NCBI GenBank assembly: GCA_965198115.1 | Contig: OZ240241.1 | Coordinates: 7,552,001 to 7,616,000, forward strand | DNA: 64,000 nucleotides | Source: Candidatus Latescibacterota bacterium | GTDB lineage: Bacteria > Latescibacterota > UBA2968 | Direction of reading: 5' to 3' | Shown here: piece by piece, positions 23,999-34,386 of the stretch | Numbering within the stretch: position 1 is the stretch's first letter | How the letters are laid out: each line of letters begins with the position of its first letter | The notes under the pieces: generated by a model | The model's database searches: none | Told to the model about the DNA's origin: nothing | The model's input: the letters and a program-made list of their open reading frames with translations, nothing else | Made by a program: the position numbers and the translations under genes

Positions 23999-25189
23999 TC
24001 AGACTTCGGAGAAGCCGCGGCCGGGTTCGTTCAGGATGAGGGGTTTTCTGGTGCCCTGAATGCGAGCGATTTCCTGCTCGATTTGGCGGACGCTCGATCT
24101 GCCTCGATGGGCGCCGACCGTGAGTGAGAAGGTGCGCGTCTCTCTCGCTCCGAGAGTGACGACACGACCGGCTTTGCGTTCGAATCGTTTTGCGTTCGGA
24201 AAATTCGTCGCGGGTTCGATGCCGGTCACGTAGCCGTCGTCGCGGGCGGCTGTGTTCTTCCAGAGCGTGAAGCAGGGAAGCTCGTCGAGGTTGTATCGAA
24301 GGGATGATCCGAACGTGCCGTTGCGGTTTCGGAGGAGGACGAGGGTTTCGCGAGACCTCCTCCGGGCAGCGAGTTCGAAAAAGTAGACTTGCTCGATGTA
24401 ACCCGGTGTGGGACCGGCGAATCGATCGAACGTGGGTATCCCTTTCACGGCCGTGGCGTCCCGTGGGGCGACTCGGCGGGTCGGAGCGAGGAGGCGGGCG
24501 CCCGCCTCGAGGAGAGGCTCGCCGTAGTTGCAGTGATACAGCAGCTGCAGTTCGGCTTTTTTTCGGTTGAGATTGGTCACGCGGTCCTCGATCCGAACCT
24601 CATTGGAGCCGATGCGGGTCGAGATTCGCGTCGTCATTCGAAGGGCGGGACCATACATCATGGTCTCGTCGACCTCGCCCGTGATGCTGATCGTGTCGTC
24701 TTCGATTTCGACCGACACATATCGTGCGGGGGTGTTTGCGATTTTTCCGTGCAGCGGCAAGGAGACTTCGGCTTCGTTGCCGTTGTTGTCGATCACGACG
24801 TCCGGACCGGGCGCGCCGTTGTTGTCGAGACCGCACCGAACGATCCACTCGTTGAAGCCTTTCAGCCACCCCAACCCGCCACGATCGTTCAGGTTGACGA
24901 ATGCGGGATGAACGGGATCTTTGACCGGCGAATCCCAGCCGAGCTCCATCTCTTTGTACCAGGCCCGGAGGATGCCCATGCCACGGGTCGGCAGGATTGC
25001 GAATCCGAGGATACCGTTGTGTATTTCTACGACATCCACACCTTCTTGCAGCCCACCGTGGAGACGATATTTTACGATGTTCCAGGGTTCGGACACGCCG
25101 AGATTCAACTCTTCGTGGTCGAGGGTGAAATGTGGTCGGTCGATCCCGGTTTCGGCGTCGGTCAGCACCGTTTTGAAGTGCGAGATCAC
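23999..25189 (-). CDS. Aldose 1-epimerase-like DUF4432 protein
   Basis: [39 protein letters not shown]. Confidence 0.85.
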   Translation of the reverse strand: MISHFKTVLTDAETGIDRPHFTLDHEELNLGVSEPWNIVKYRLHGGLQEGVDVVEIHNGILGFAILPTRGMGILRAWYKEMELGWDSPVKDPVHPAFVNLNDRGGLGWLKGFNEWIVRCGLDNNGAPGPDVVIDNNGNEAEVSLPLHGKIANTPARYVSVEIEDDTISITGEVDETMMYGPALRMTTRISTRIGSNEVRIEDRVTNLNRKKAELQLLYHCNYGEPLLEAGARLLAPTRRVAPRDATAVKGIPTFDRFAGPTPGYIEQVYFFELAARRRSRETLVLLRNRNGTFGSSLRYNLDELPCFTLWKNTAARDDGYVTGIEPATNFPNAKRFERKAGRVVTLGARETRTFSLTVGAHRGRSSVRQIEQEIARIQGTRKPLILNEPGRGFSEV

Positions 25190-25263
25190 AGCAGGGACTA
25201 CTCCGTGGAGGGCTCTACAGTCGCGAAAAAACAGCAGGTTACGGCTTCTTCTCGAGCCGGGTG

Positions 25264-25336
25264 AATATACCGGTCCGCCCATGGTGTGTCAAATCTGAGC
25301 CGTCGCGTTGACAGGGCGCGGCAGGACCCCTATCCT
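25264..25336. promoter_or_regulatory. Back-to-back divergent sigma70 promoters
   Basis: Minus: TTGACA-17-TATATT (25292-25264); plus: TTGACA-17-TATCCT (25308-25336). Confidence 0.65.
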
Positions 25337-25383
25337 TCTCATCCAAGCCCGTTGACCCGCCCGATCGGCGCACGAGGAACGTC

Positions 25384-27486
25384 GTGGACCCAAAGTGCTT
25401 TACGAATCGTGAACTCTCCTGGCTGAGCTTCAATCAGCGTGTGCTGAACGAAGCCCACGATCCGGTAAACCCGCTCCTGGAACGCGTCAAGTTTTTGGCT
25501 ATCGTCGCGAACAACCTGGACGAGTTTTTCGAGATCCGAGTGAGCGGACTGTTACAGCGGCTCGAGGCGGAGATCGTGGAGTCGGCAGCGGACGGCATGC
25601 TTCCGGAGGAACAGCTCGACGCCATCCACGACGAGACGCAGCGGATGGTGAAGGAGCAGTACGACTGCTGGAACGAAGAACTGTTGCCTGCTTTGCGACA
25701 GGCCGATGTTCATCTCAGGTCGATCGACAGTCTGTCGGACTACGAGCTGGCCTTCGTTCGGGACTATTGCCACCGAGAGCTGCATCCTGTCGTCACGCCC
25801 ATTACCGTGAATCCCGCCCATCCGTTTCCCCGTGTCGTCAACAAAGCGCTGTGTATCGCGGCGTTGCTGGAGGATGAGCAGGGGGAAACGCTCTTCGGCA
25901 CGGTGCAGGTGCCGCGTCTTCTTCCGCGTCTTATTCGCCTTCCCAGGGACGACGAGGGTCAGCGCGTGGACTACGTGTTCCTGGCCGATCTGGTTCAGAT
26001 GCATTTGCCCGAGCTGTTTCGTGGCTATCGGATTCTGTCGACGGTGGCGTTCAGGCTTACTCGAAACAGCGATCTCTACCTGGACGAGGAGGAAGCCGAG
26101 GATCTCATCATCGCGATCGAGGATGAGTTAAAGCGCCGTCGAAAGGGGGATGCGGTTCGTCTGGAGATCGAAGCGGACGCCCCCAAGGAAATCGTCGATC
26201 GGCTGATTTCCCTGAACGACCTGGAACCGGAGCAGGTCTACCGTGTCGAGGGTCCGGTCAACCTGAATCGGCTGATGATGCTCTGGAGCGCCACGCCGCG
26301 TCCTGATTTGAAGGATACGCCCTTCCAGGCGAGAGAAGTGACGTTTGGCGAGGATCCGGCCAGTATGTTCATCGAACTCGGGCAACGCGACCACCTGCTT
26401 CATCATCCTTACGACTCGTTCAACCCCATCATCCACTTTGTGAGTAACGCCGCGAAGGATCCGGATGTCCTGGCCATGAAGCAGACGCTCTATCGGACGA
26501 GCGACGATTCTCCAATCATAGCCGCCCTCATCCACGCCGCGGAAGCTGGTAAGGAAGTGACGGTTGTGGTGGAGCTCAAAGCGCGCTTCGACGAGGAGAC
26601 GAACATTCGCTGGGCAAGACGGCTCCAGGATGCCGGTGTCTGCGTGATGTATGGCGTCGTCGGGTTGAAGACCCATTGCAAACTGTCTCTGGTCATTCGT
26701 CGAGAGGGCGGCGGCATTCGTCGGTATGCCCATCTTGGCACGGGAAATTACAATTCGACGACCGCCAGGATCTACACCGATCTGGGACTGTTCACCGCTC
26801 GGGAGGCAATCACGAGCGAGGTGGCAGAGGTGTTCAACCTGTTGACGACGCAGTCGACAAAACCGGTTGTGAAGAAGCTCCTCGTCGCCCCGTTCACGAT
26901 GCTTGATTCGCTGTCGGACAAGATCCAACGCGAGATCGGACACGCCCGCGCCGGACGCCCGGCACGAATCGTCGGCAAGATGAACGCCCTGGTGGATGCC
27001 AAAATCATTCGGAATCTATACGAGGCGTCGGAGGCGGGTGTCGAGATCGACCTGATCGTGCGGGGGATCTGTTGTCTGAGGCCCGGCATTCCGAATGTGA
27101 GCGAGCGCATTCGGGTACGAAGCATCGTCGGACGCTTTCTCGAGCACTCGAGAATCTATTCGTTCGAGAACGGGGGAGATCCGGAAGTCTATATCGGGAG
27201 CGCCGACTGGATGCCGAGAAACCTCAGACGGCGTGTGGAGGTGCTCGTGCCCGTCGAAGATCCTGCGGTAAAATCACGGATCCGGGGCGAGATTCTGAGT
27301 TGCTGCCTCTGGGACAATACCAAATCGTGGAAGTTGTTGCCCGATGGGTCGCACGAACGTATCGGCCCCGGGCAGGACGAACCGTTCTCGGCACAGGGAA
27401 CGCTGATGGATGTGGCACGAGACGCCGAGACCAGCTTTCACAACGCGTTCGACGCGGGAGAACAGGCCGTTCGCGCTCCGGCGTGA
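25384..27486 (+). CDS. ppk1: Polyphosphate kinase 1
   Basis: NRELSWLSFNQRVL, LLHHPYDSF, ELKARFDEE, GLKTHCK, GTGNYN, RFLEHSR. Confidence 0.97.
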   Translation: MDPKCFTNRELSWLSFNQRVLNEAHDPVNPLLERVKFLAIVANNLDEFFEIRVSGLLQRLEAEIVESAADGMLPEEQLDAIHDETQRMVKEQYDCWNEELLPALRQADVHLRSIDSLSDYELAFVRDYCHRELHPVVTPITVNPAHPFPRVVNKALCIAALLEDEQGETLFGTVQVPRLLPRLIRLPRDDEGQRVDYVFLADLVQMHLPELFRGYRILSTVAFRLTRNSDLYLDEEEAEDLIIAIEDELKRRRKGDAVRLEIEADAPKEIVDRLISLNDLEPEQVYRVEGPVNLNRLMMLWSATPRPDLKDTPFQAREVTFGEDPASMFIELGQRDHLLHHPYDSFNPIIHFVSNAAKDPDVLAMKQTLYRTSDDSPIIAALIHAAEAGKEVTVVVELKARFDEETNIRWARRLQDAGVCVMYGVVGLKTHCKLSLVIRREGGGIRRYAHLGTGNYNSTTARIYTDLGLFTAREAITSEVAEVFNLLTTQSTKPVVKKLLVAPFTMLDSLSDKIQREIGHARAGRPARIVGKMNALVDAKIIRNLYEASEAGVEIDLIVRGICCLRPGIPNVSERIRVRSIVGRFLEHSRIYSFENGGDPEVYIGSADWMPRNLRRRVEVLVPVEDPAVKSRIRGEILSCCLWDNTKSWKLLPDGSHERIGPGQDEPFSAQGTLMDVARDAETSFHNAFDAGEQAVRAPA

Positions 27487-27529
27487 CCGGCTCTACTGCG
27501 TAAATTGCATCGATAGCCCTGTGGCAATG

Positions 27530-27620
27530 AGCCCCCGTGCGGAGCACGGGGACGAGCGTAGCGCTTTGTTTGTTGATTAAGCAATGCGTATCGCTCGCCC
27601 CTGGGCTCTGCCCGGGGGCG
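27530..27620. repeat. Inverted pair of REP-like GC palindromes between convergent genes
   Basis: GCCCCCGTGCGGAGCACGGGGACGAGCG ... CGCTCGCCCCTGGGCTCTGCCCGGGGGC. Confidence 0.5.
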
Positions 27621-27625
27621 CTGTT

Positions 27626-28332
27626 TTACTCACCACACGGGTTGCAGGGGTTCTTGCCTCCACAGGGATTGCACGGGTTCTCGCCGCAGGGATTGCAGGG
27701 GTTCTTCTTCCCGCACGGGTTGCACGGGTTACAGGCGTTGCACGGGTTCCCCGAGTCGGCTCCGGCTTCGATGAGCAGAGTCACGCGCACTTCGTCACCC
27801 AGTATACCGGCGGCGTCGGTCCAGCTGTTGACACCGAAATCAGAGCGCATTAGCGTCAACTCGGCCTGGAATCCAGCCACTCCCGCCTTGGTCATGGGGT
27901 GGGTACCGACGCCCAGTACTTCGACTGGAAGGACGATCTGCTGCGTACCGTGCAGCGTGAGATCTCCCGTGACCATCAGAGTCTCGCCCTTTTTCTCGAC
28001 GGTTCGGCTCTCGAAGGTCATTTCGGGATACTTCTCGGCGTCGAAGAAATCCGCACTACGAAGATGATTGTCACGCCGTTCGTTGTCGGTGTCGATGCTG
28101 ACGATCTGAATGGATGCCAGGACGGACGATTCACTGGGGTTGGCTTCGTCGTAGACGATGTGCCCCTTGAAGTCGTTGAACCTGCCGGTCGTCCGGCTGA
28201 CGATATGGCGTATCGAGAAGCTGACGGAAGAGTGGGCGGCTCGATGCTGTAGGCCGCGCCGAACCCGGTGCCTGTGTTGGCGAGGAAGGCTAAAACACCG
28301 AGTGCGAATCCACGGGTCAGTCGAAACAACAT
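27626..28332 (-). CDS. Exported YceI-family protein with C-terminal Cys-rich NPC-repeat tail; frameshift near 28238
   Basis: Signal peptide from 28332; [37 protein letters not shown]; tail [40 protein letters not shown]. Confidence 0.88.
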
Positions 28333-28399
28333 GGATGATGCTCCTTTCGGTAAGGACGCCGATTTGGAGAGAACGCGACGCCATATAGGTCGGGCAAAC

Positions 28400-29602
28400 T
28401 CAGAAAACCGGTCTATTCACCTCTCTGGGGAATGCCGGTGAACGAGCCAACCGGTACATCGACCAGGCGCCGAGCGCCGGCCCCGGAAACAGAAACGCGA
28501 ATGTCCACTCCCACGTGGCCCATTCGACGAGCAACGGGATGAGACGGATGGAGAACAACGTGAGCAGAAAGCCGAGTGATGTCTGAATCGTGAGTGCGGT
28601 GCCCACATACTCTGGATCGGACAATTCGGTGACGCTGGCCGAGAACTGTGCCGAATCGGCGACCACGGCGAATCCCCAGACGAGGCAGAAGGGGAGCAGG
28701 TAGAGAGGGGATGCGCCGAAAAGAAATCCGACGGTCAGACAACAGACCCCACTGAGGACCATCGATCCGATCGTGATAGTGGTGCGGCCATACCGGTCGG
28801 CAAGCAGACCCGCCACCACGCAACCGATCGATCCGATCCCGATCACGCCGAACCCGCCCAGGGCCGCCCAGCCGGCCGCTGCTGCCACACCACGCTCGAT
28901 GAAGCTCTCCGCCAGGAAGATCGGAATCCACGTCCACACTGCATACAGTTCCCACATATGGCCGAGGTAACCGAAGTTGGCCAACCGTACTTCCCGGTTC
29001 GTGAAGGCCTTGATGACGAATCGCCAGTTGAAGCGGGCTCCGCTCGTGCCGTGAGGACCGTCTTTGACGAGGAGGAAACAGATGACCCCCGCCGCGACGG
29101 CGGCGAGGCTCGCCGTGAGCATCAGGTGACGCCACTCCGGGCTCCCGACGACTTTGAGCAGGTGGGGCGAAGCGGAGCCGAGCGTGAGGGCGCCCACGAG
29201 GACGCCAATCGCCGTGCCACGACCTTGTTTGAACCACGTAGCCATGATTTTCATACCCGGTGGATAGACGCCCGCAAGCGTCGCGCCGGTGAGGAACCTC
29301 AACCCGAGCGTGACTTCGATTCCGTCGGCGACGATCGCAATCAATCCGTTGAACATAGCACCGAGAAGCGCGCTGACCGCGAATAGATGCCGTGCGTTGA
29401 GAATGTTCGACAGGTTCAGGAGTGCACTTAGCAATGTGCCCGTGACGAAGCCAGCCTGGACGGACATCGTCAGCCAGGCTTTGCTCGATTCGGTGAGCCC
29501 CCATTCAGCAGAGAGGGGATCGACGATGGCCGAAGCCGAGAACCACAGTCCCATACCCAGGCATTCGGCGACGGAAAGCCAGACGAGCATTCGCCACTTC
29601 AC
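28400..29602 (-). CDS. MFS transporter
   Basis: 12-TM pattern; GVYPPGMK, GYLGHMWELYA, DSAQFSA. Confidence 0.9.
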   Translation of the reverse strand: MKWRMLVWLSVAECLGMGLWFSASAIVDPLSAEWGLTESSKAWLTMSVQAGFVTGTLLSALLNLSNILNARHLFAVSALLGAMFNGLIAIVADGIEVTLGLRFLTGATLAGVYPPGMKIMATWFKQGRGTAIGVLVGALTLGSASPHLLKVVGSPEWRHLMLTASLAAVAAGVICFLLVKDGPHGTSGARFNWRFVIKAFTNREVRLANFGYLGHMWELYAVWTWIPIFLAESFIERGVAAAAGWAALGGFGVIGIGSIGCVVAGLLADRYGRTTITIGSMVLSGVCCLTVGFLFGASPLYLLPFCLVWGFAVVADSAQFSASVTELSDPEYVGTALTIQTSLGFLLTLFSIRLIPLLVEWATWEWTFAFLFPGPALGAWSMYRLARSPAFPREVNRPVF

Positions 29603-29623
29603 GGACCGTTCCTTGTGACGGGG

Positions 29624-29638
29624 GCAAAACTTGTGCCA
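29624..29638 (-). promoter_or_regulatory. sigma54-type promoter upstream of the MFS gene
   Basis: TGGCAC-AAGTT-TTGC matches the -24/-12 consensus. Confidence 0.55.
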
Positions 29639-29809
29639 GATCTCGATCTGCGTTCCTTCGTGCTGAAGAAGCCACGGGGACAGTGTGTTCTGGCCGTTGA
29701 CGGCTATGTTGGACGTGGTATTGGGTCTATCGAAACCATGATAGGCCGGCTGACACTGCTCGCGTCAACCCGTGCAGCAGGAGTGCGGTGTCCGATAGGA
29801 GGATGGTGG

Positions 29810-30540
29810 CTACGCGAGACCCCGTTCGATCAAGATTCGTTGGAGAATGTCCGGACAGTCGGTGGTCATGCCGTCGACGCCCAGATCGACCAGACGGGTC
29901 ATTTCCTCTCCCTGATCGCGTCCCAATCCCCAGGCACGTACGAGGAGGCCCGCGTCGTGTGCCCTGGCGACCAGATCGGCGTCGATCTCAGTGCAGCGCG
30001 GGCCGATCGTGTCTGCACCCAGGTCGAGCGTTTGGGCAACGAGTTCGTCGACGGTCTTTCCGCTGGCGTGGAGTAGAGCCGTGACGGCCGCATTGGGTGC
30101 GAGTGCCTTGACCCGTGGGAGTTTGGGAAGATCGAAATGACGGTAAGGTTCTGGAGGCCGGCTTCGGTGATGGCGTCGAGAACGGCTGGAATGACCTCCT
30201 GCCCTTCGAACTTGAGCTCGACCACGATGTGGGCCCGATGGCCAAGGGTTTCGAGCACGTGTGCGAACGTCGGAACTCCAGTGTCCCGGTAGGATTCGCC
30301 CCGAGAGATTCCAGCGTCGAGCGCCAGAATCTGGTCGAGGGTCAGGTCGGATACCGCGCCTTCGCCATCGGTGGTACGGTCGACGGTCGCGTCGTGCATG
30401 ACGACGAGGTGATCGTCGGCGGTGATCTGGAGGTCGAGTTCGAGCCAATCGACACCCAGCTCCAGGGCTTTTTCGAACGAGAGGAGCGTGTTCTCGGGGT
30501 AGACGGCCGAGAAGCCACGGTGGGCGATGTTCAGAACCAC
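29810..30540 (-). CDS. Glycerophosphodiester phosphodiesterase family; frameshift near 30130
   Basis: IAHRGFS..PENTL, ELD, HDATVDRTT, ELK, GVDGMTTDCP. Confidence 0.87.
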
Positions 30541-30637
30541 GATATCCTCCCGAAATGCGGGTTTTCTCGCGAAATAGGCCATCGAGCGACGGAATCCGGC
30601 ATCGGCCCAACGTCGGCGAGCAAGATAGAGAAATCGC

Positions 30638-30664
30638 TAAAGGTCCGAAAGGACCGGCCGATTA
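30638..30664 (+). promoter_or_regulatory. sigma28 (FliA)-type promoter
   Basis: TAAAG-14 nt-GCCGATTA. Confidence 0.72.
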
Positions 30665-30702
30665 TATGAGAGAGAGGGGACCGACACACATTCTAAAATG
30701 CC

Positions 30703-31323
30703 ATGGATTTTCTGTCATCGACATCGGTAGAAACCGAAGCGCTCATTGCTCGATTCCGCGCCCATCGCAGGGAGACCGAGGCCCGCGTGAGCCGGACCGA
30801 CGTGAGTGTGGACGCGCACGCTACGGCGACGGTTCAGGGCGACAAGGTCGAAATTTCGCTGTCAGCCAACATGACTGTCGAAACCGTGAACGGAATCCTG
30901 AACGACTCCGTCATCGAGCAGATCAACAAGGCGATTCAGGAGGCTGGGATCGACCTCCGGATCGAAGAAGAGCTCGAATCGGATCAATCCCCGGAGGCGA
31001 CAGCGCAGAGAATCGTCGAGTTTGCGGCAGGTTTCCTCGATGGTTTCGAAGCTCAGCACGCGGGTGACACGGCGCTTGCGCGGATTAGCGGGTTCATGAC
31101 CCTGATTCGGGACGCCATACGGGAAGGCTTCACGGACGCACGAGACTTTCTGGAAAGCATCACGAAGCTGAGTGACACGATCAACGAGAACATCGATTTA
31201 ACATTCGAACTGACGAGCAGCTTCCTGGATGAATTCCATCAGGCGCAGCTCGAGGCCCTCAATGCGGAGCCGGATGAATCGGGCGGCTCCGGTGAGGGTG
31301 AAACGAAAGCGGAGGTCGTATGA
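30703..31323 (+). CDS. DUF5610-like protein
   Basis: SPEATAQRIVEFAAGF and AIREGFTDARDFL, recalled DUF5610 motifs; upstream DKVEIS motif. Confidence 0.7.
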   Translation: MDFLSSTSVETEALIARFRAHRRETEARVSRTDVSVDAHATATVQGDKVEISLSANMTVETVNGILNDSVIEQINKAIQEAGIDLRIEEELESDQSPEATAQRIVEFAAGFLDGFEAQHAGDTALARISGFMTLIRDAIREGFTDARDFLESITKLSDTINENIDLTFELTSSFLDEFHQAQLEALNAEPDESGGSGEGETKAEVV

Positions 31324-31502
31324 CGCTCGACGCTGCTTCACAGCAGAGCGCGCTGGCAGCGCAACTGATTGAATCGGTCCTGGGAGCCTCTCAGCAGGCT
31401 CAGACCGATCTGGCCATGAAAATGGCGAAGATCTCGCTGGCTTCACAAGTCAGCACCTCGGCGCTCACGGGATCCGGGGCTGCGATCGATCTTCTCGCAT
31501 AG
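31320..31502 (+). CDS. Small putative motility protein (YjfB-like)
   Basis: 60 aa ending GSGAAIDLLA; coupled to the DUF5610-like gene behind a sigma28 promoter. Confidence 0.55.
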   Translation: MTLDAASQQSALAAQLIESVLGASQQAQTDLAMKMAKISLASQVSTSALTGSGAAIDLLA

Positions 31503-31528
31503 CATTCACGATAGCTTGCGTAGAATGG

Positions 31529-31558
31529 AGGCCGTCTCTTTCACGAGACGGCCTTTTT
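31529..31558 (+). terminator. Intrinsic terminator
   Basis: AGGCCGTCTC-TTTCAC-GAGACGGCCT-TTTT. Confidence 0.8.
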
Positions 31559-31667
31559 GCGTTTGCCTGTGAATCACGGGCAGCTCTGGACAAGCGCCCA
31601 TCGGATCGTCGATGGAACGACCGGAGGAGCGGCTTGACCGTGTGATCGCTCACGTCTATGTTCGGCG

Positions 31668-33044
31668 ATGATGCGAACAGGACCCTACTTTTTCTGCGGC
31701 ATCGGCGGGAGCGGCATGAGCGCCATCGCTCAGGTGCTCGCTGCTCGTGGTTACCGCGTTCGTGGCTCGGATAGGAGTCGCGATCACGGCCAGAACCCGG
31801 AGACGTATGAGCGACTGGAGGCCCAGGGTATCGAGCTTGTCGCTCAGGATGGCAGCGGGATCGATGACGATGCGTGGACAGTCGTCGTTTCGTCCGCGGT
31901 CGAGTCCTCCATACCCGACGTCAAAGCCGCGATAGAGAAGGGACTGCCGATCCGGAAGCGGGCGGAGCTACTGGCCGACCTCTTGCACGAAGGGTTCGGG
32001 ATCGCTGTCGGTGGGACGAGCGGCAAGTCCACCGTCACGGGAATGATCGGACACGTGCTTGTCGAAACCGGTTACGGGCCGACCGTGATCGCCGGCGGCC
32101 GAATGCTGAATGCGGACACGCCGCCCATGCTGGGGAACGCGGTACTCGGCGACGGCGAGAGCGTGGTGATCGAAACGGACGAGAGCGACGGGACGATCGA
32201 GCTCTACCGACCCGCCGTTGGGGTGATTACGAACATTTCGCTCGATCACAAACCCATGGAGGAATTGCGGGTTCTGTTTCGCGATTTTGCACGTCGAGCT
32301 ACGATCGGGGTCGTTGGCAATAGTGATTGCGCCGAGACGATGAATACCATCGACGGGATGGAGGCGGTGACGTTCGCGATCGATGGCGAGGCAGACGTGC
32401 GTGCAGAGTACATCGAGACACGCGTCGACGGAGTGGGCTTCCGTGTGGACGGCGTGTCGTTCGACCTGACGACACCGGGACGTCACAACGTGGCAAACGC
32501 CCTGGCAGCTGTTGCGGCGTGCCGTTACCTGGGCGTTTCCGTCGCTGCGTGTGCGGAGGCGCTGGGCCGGTTCAGCGGGATCGCCAGGCGCCTTCAGGTT
32601 CTGGGCGAGGCGAATGGTATGACGGTGATCGACGACTTTGCCCACAATCCCGACAAGGTCGCGGCTACGCTTGCCACACTGACGGCTCATCCCGGTCGTC
32701 TGCGTCTGATGTTCCAACCCCACGGATACGGTCCGACGCGAATGCTGAAAGATGGACTGATCGCGGCGTTCAGCGAGGGCATGCGGGACTGCGATGCGCT
32801 GTGGCTTCCCGAGATTTACTACGCCGGAGGCACGGTGGTGAAGGATATTTCCTCAGAGGATCTGGTGCGTGCCATTCGGGAGAACGGACGTGATGTCCGC
32901 TTTACGGCCGATCGAAACTCCATCGGGGACGAATTAGTCGCAGCGTGCGATCAGGGAGACCGGGTTGTGGTGATGGGTGCGCGTGACGATACGTTGACGA
33001 TTTTCGCACAGGACATTCTCGGCAGGTTGTCAGAGAGCAGATAG
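31668..33044 (+). CDS. murC: UDP-N-acetylmuramate--L-alanine ligase
   Basis: GIGGSGMSA, GTSGKST, ETDESDG, DDFAHNP, FQPHGY. Confidence 0.88.
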   Translation: MMRTGPYFFCGIGGSGMSAIAQVLAARGYRVRGSDRSRDHGQNPETYERLEAQGIELVAQDGSGIDDDAWTVVVSSAVESSIPDVKAAIEKGLPIRKRAELLADLLHEGFGIAVGGTSGKSTVTGMIGHVLVETGYGPTVIAGGRMLNADTPPMLGNAVLGDGESVVIETDESDGTIELYRPAVGVITNISLDHKPMEELRVLFRDFARRATIGVVGNSDCAETMNTIDGMEAVTFAIDGEADVRAEYIETRVDGVGFRVDGVSFDLTTPGRHNVANALAAVAACRYLGVSVAACAEALGRFSGIARRLQVLGEANGMTVIDDFAHNPDKVAATLATLTAHPGRLRLMFQPHGYGPTRMLKDGLIAAFSEGMRDCDALWLPEIYYAGGTVVKDISSEDLVRAIRENGRDVRFTADRNSIGDELVAACDQGDRVVVMGARDDTLTIFAQDILGRLSESR

Positions 33045-33486
33045 ATGTCGTTTGGGAATCCGCAGGACGGTTGTCATCCCGGTACGCTTCTTAGCCGGGA
33101 TCCATTTTCGCCGCCCAGGCGTCACCCAATGAGGCGGCAGCAAATTGGCCCCCGACTCAACACACTGCCGGGGTGACGCAGTGAAGCAGGAGCCGCTGTG
33201 GGGCGACCACTTCGGCCACCGGTCATCCTGAGTGATCTTTGCACGAGACCGAAGATCGCGAAGCAGCGTTGATGTACATGGAGAAGATCGTATCGAAGGA
33301 CGGCCGGTGGCCACGCGTACTGATTCCGGCAACCGATCGTCCTTCGATACGGCAGACATTCAGATAGCCCAGGTTTCAAACGTCGTTTGCGAGTCGCCAA
33401 CTCAGGATGATCGGTCGGTGATCCTGGACAACAATGAACGTCATACTCGAGAAATGATGCACGTACCACGCGTAGGACGCGACCAA

Positions 33487-34386
33487 GTGAAACTTCCCCC
33501 CAACCTGTCGAAAGGCGATAAAGTTGCCGTCGTCGCGCCGTCCAGCCCGGTGACACGAGAGGCGCTTGCACCCGGCGTTGCGTATCTGGAGTCGTTGGGT
33601 CTGGAGGTTGTCGTGGGATCCTCGGTCGGGCCTTCCGACCGGTTTCTCGCGGGACCTGACACCGAGCGGGGCCAGGATCTCAACAGCCTGTTTGCCGACG
33701 ATTCCGTTCGAGGGATCTTTGCGGGTAGGGGTGGCTACGGATCAGGGCGCACCCTCTCGACGATCGACTGGTCGGTCGTTCGGGATCATCCAAAAGTTCT
33801 CGTGGGGTTCAGCGACACGACTGCCCTTCAGCTCGCGGCCTGGACGCAGGCTGGCCTGGTTTCGTATACCGGGATGGTGTTGAAGGTCGATGTAACCGGG
33901 TCCGGACCGGTCGACGCGATGCTCGACGCCTCACTGCGAGCGGCGCTGTTCGAGGGACGGTTCGAGGAGGTCCTCGGGCTCAGACCTTTGGTTTCTGGGG
34001 GATCGATCAAGGGGCCCCTTTTGGGTGGGTGTTTGTCGCTCGTGGCTTCGCTGGTTGGTACACCGTATCTGCCGAGCTTCGAGGGGGCCATCGTGTTCTT
34101 GGAGGATGTCGGGGAGGCACCGTATCGGGTCGATCGGACGCTGACACAGCTCATTTTGACCGGCGCGTTCGAGCGTGTCGGTGCCGTGGTGTTCGGTGCG
34201 TTCGAACGATGCGATGGAGATGACGAGGATGGCACGATCGAGGAGGTGCTGAAGGATTTCGCTGGACGCGTGACCTGTCCCGTCCTGACCGGACTGCCCT
34301 ATGGACACGGGCCATCCCGCCGTGTGCTTCCGCTCGGGTCCGAAGTCCTTCTGACCGGCGATCGGATCGAATTCGAGGTATCGTGA
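33487..34386 (+). CDS. LD-carboxypeptidase (peptidase S66)
   Basis: RGGYGS, GFSDTTA, FLEDVGE, YGH; GTG start inferred from RBS. Confidence 0.9.
   Translation: MKLPPNLSKGDKVAVVAPSSPVTREALAPGVAYLESLGLEVVVGSSVGPSDRFLAGPDTERGQDLNSLFADDSVRGIFAGRGGYGSGRTLSTIDWSVVRDHPKVLVGFSDTTALQLAAWTQAGLVSYTGMVLKVDVTGSGPVDAMLDASLRAALFEGRFEEVLGLRPLVSGGSIKGPLLGGCLSLVASLVGTPYLPSFEGAIVFLEDVGEAPYRVDRTLTQLILTGAFERVGAVVFGAFERCDGDDEDGTIEEVLKDFAGRVTCPVLTGLPYGHGPSRRVLPLGSEVLLTGDRIEFEVS

Noticed and set aside
33045-33486. Gene or second UGA-readthrough ORF between murC and the LD-carboxypeptidase
   Set aside because: Fragments with stops in all frames, no recognisable family and no SECIS-like hairpin
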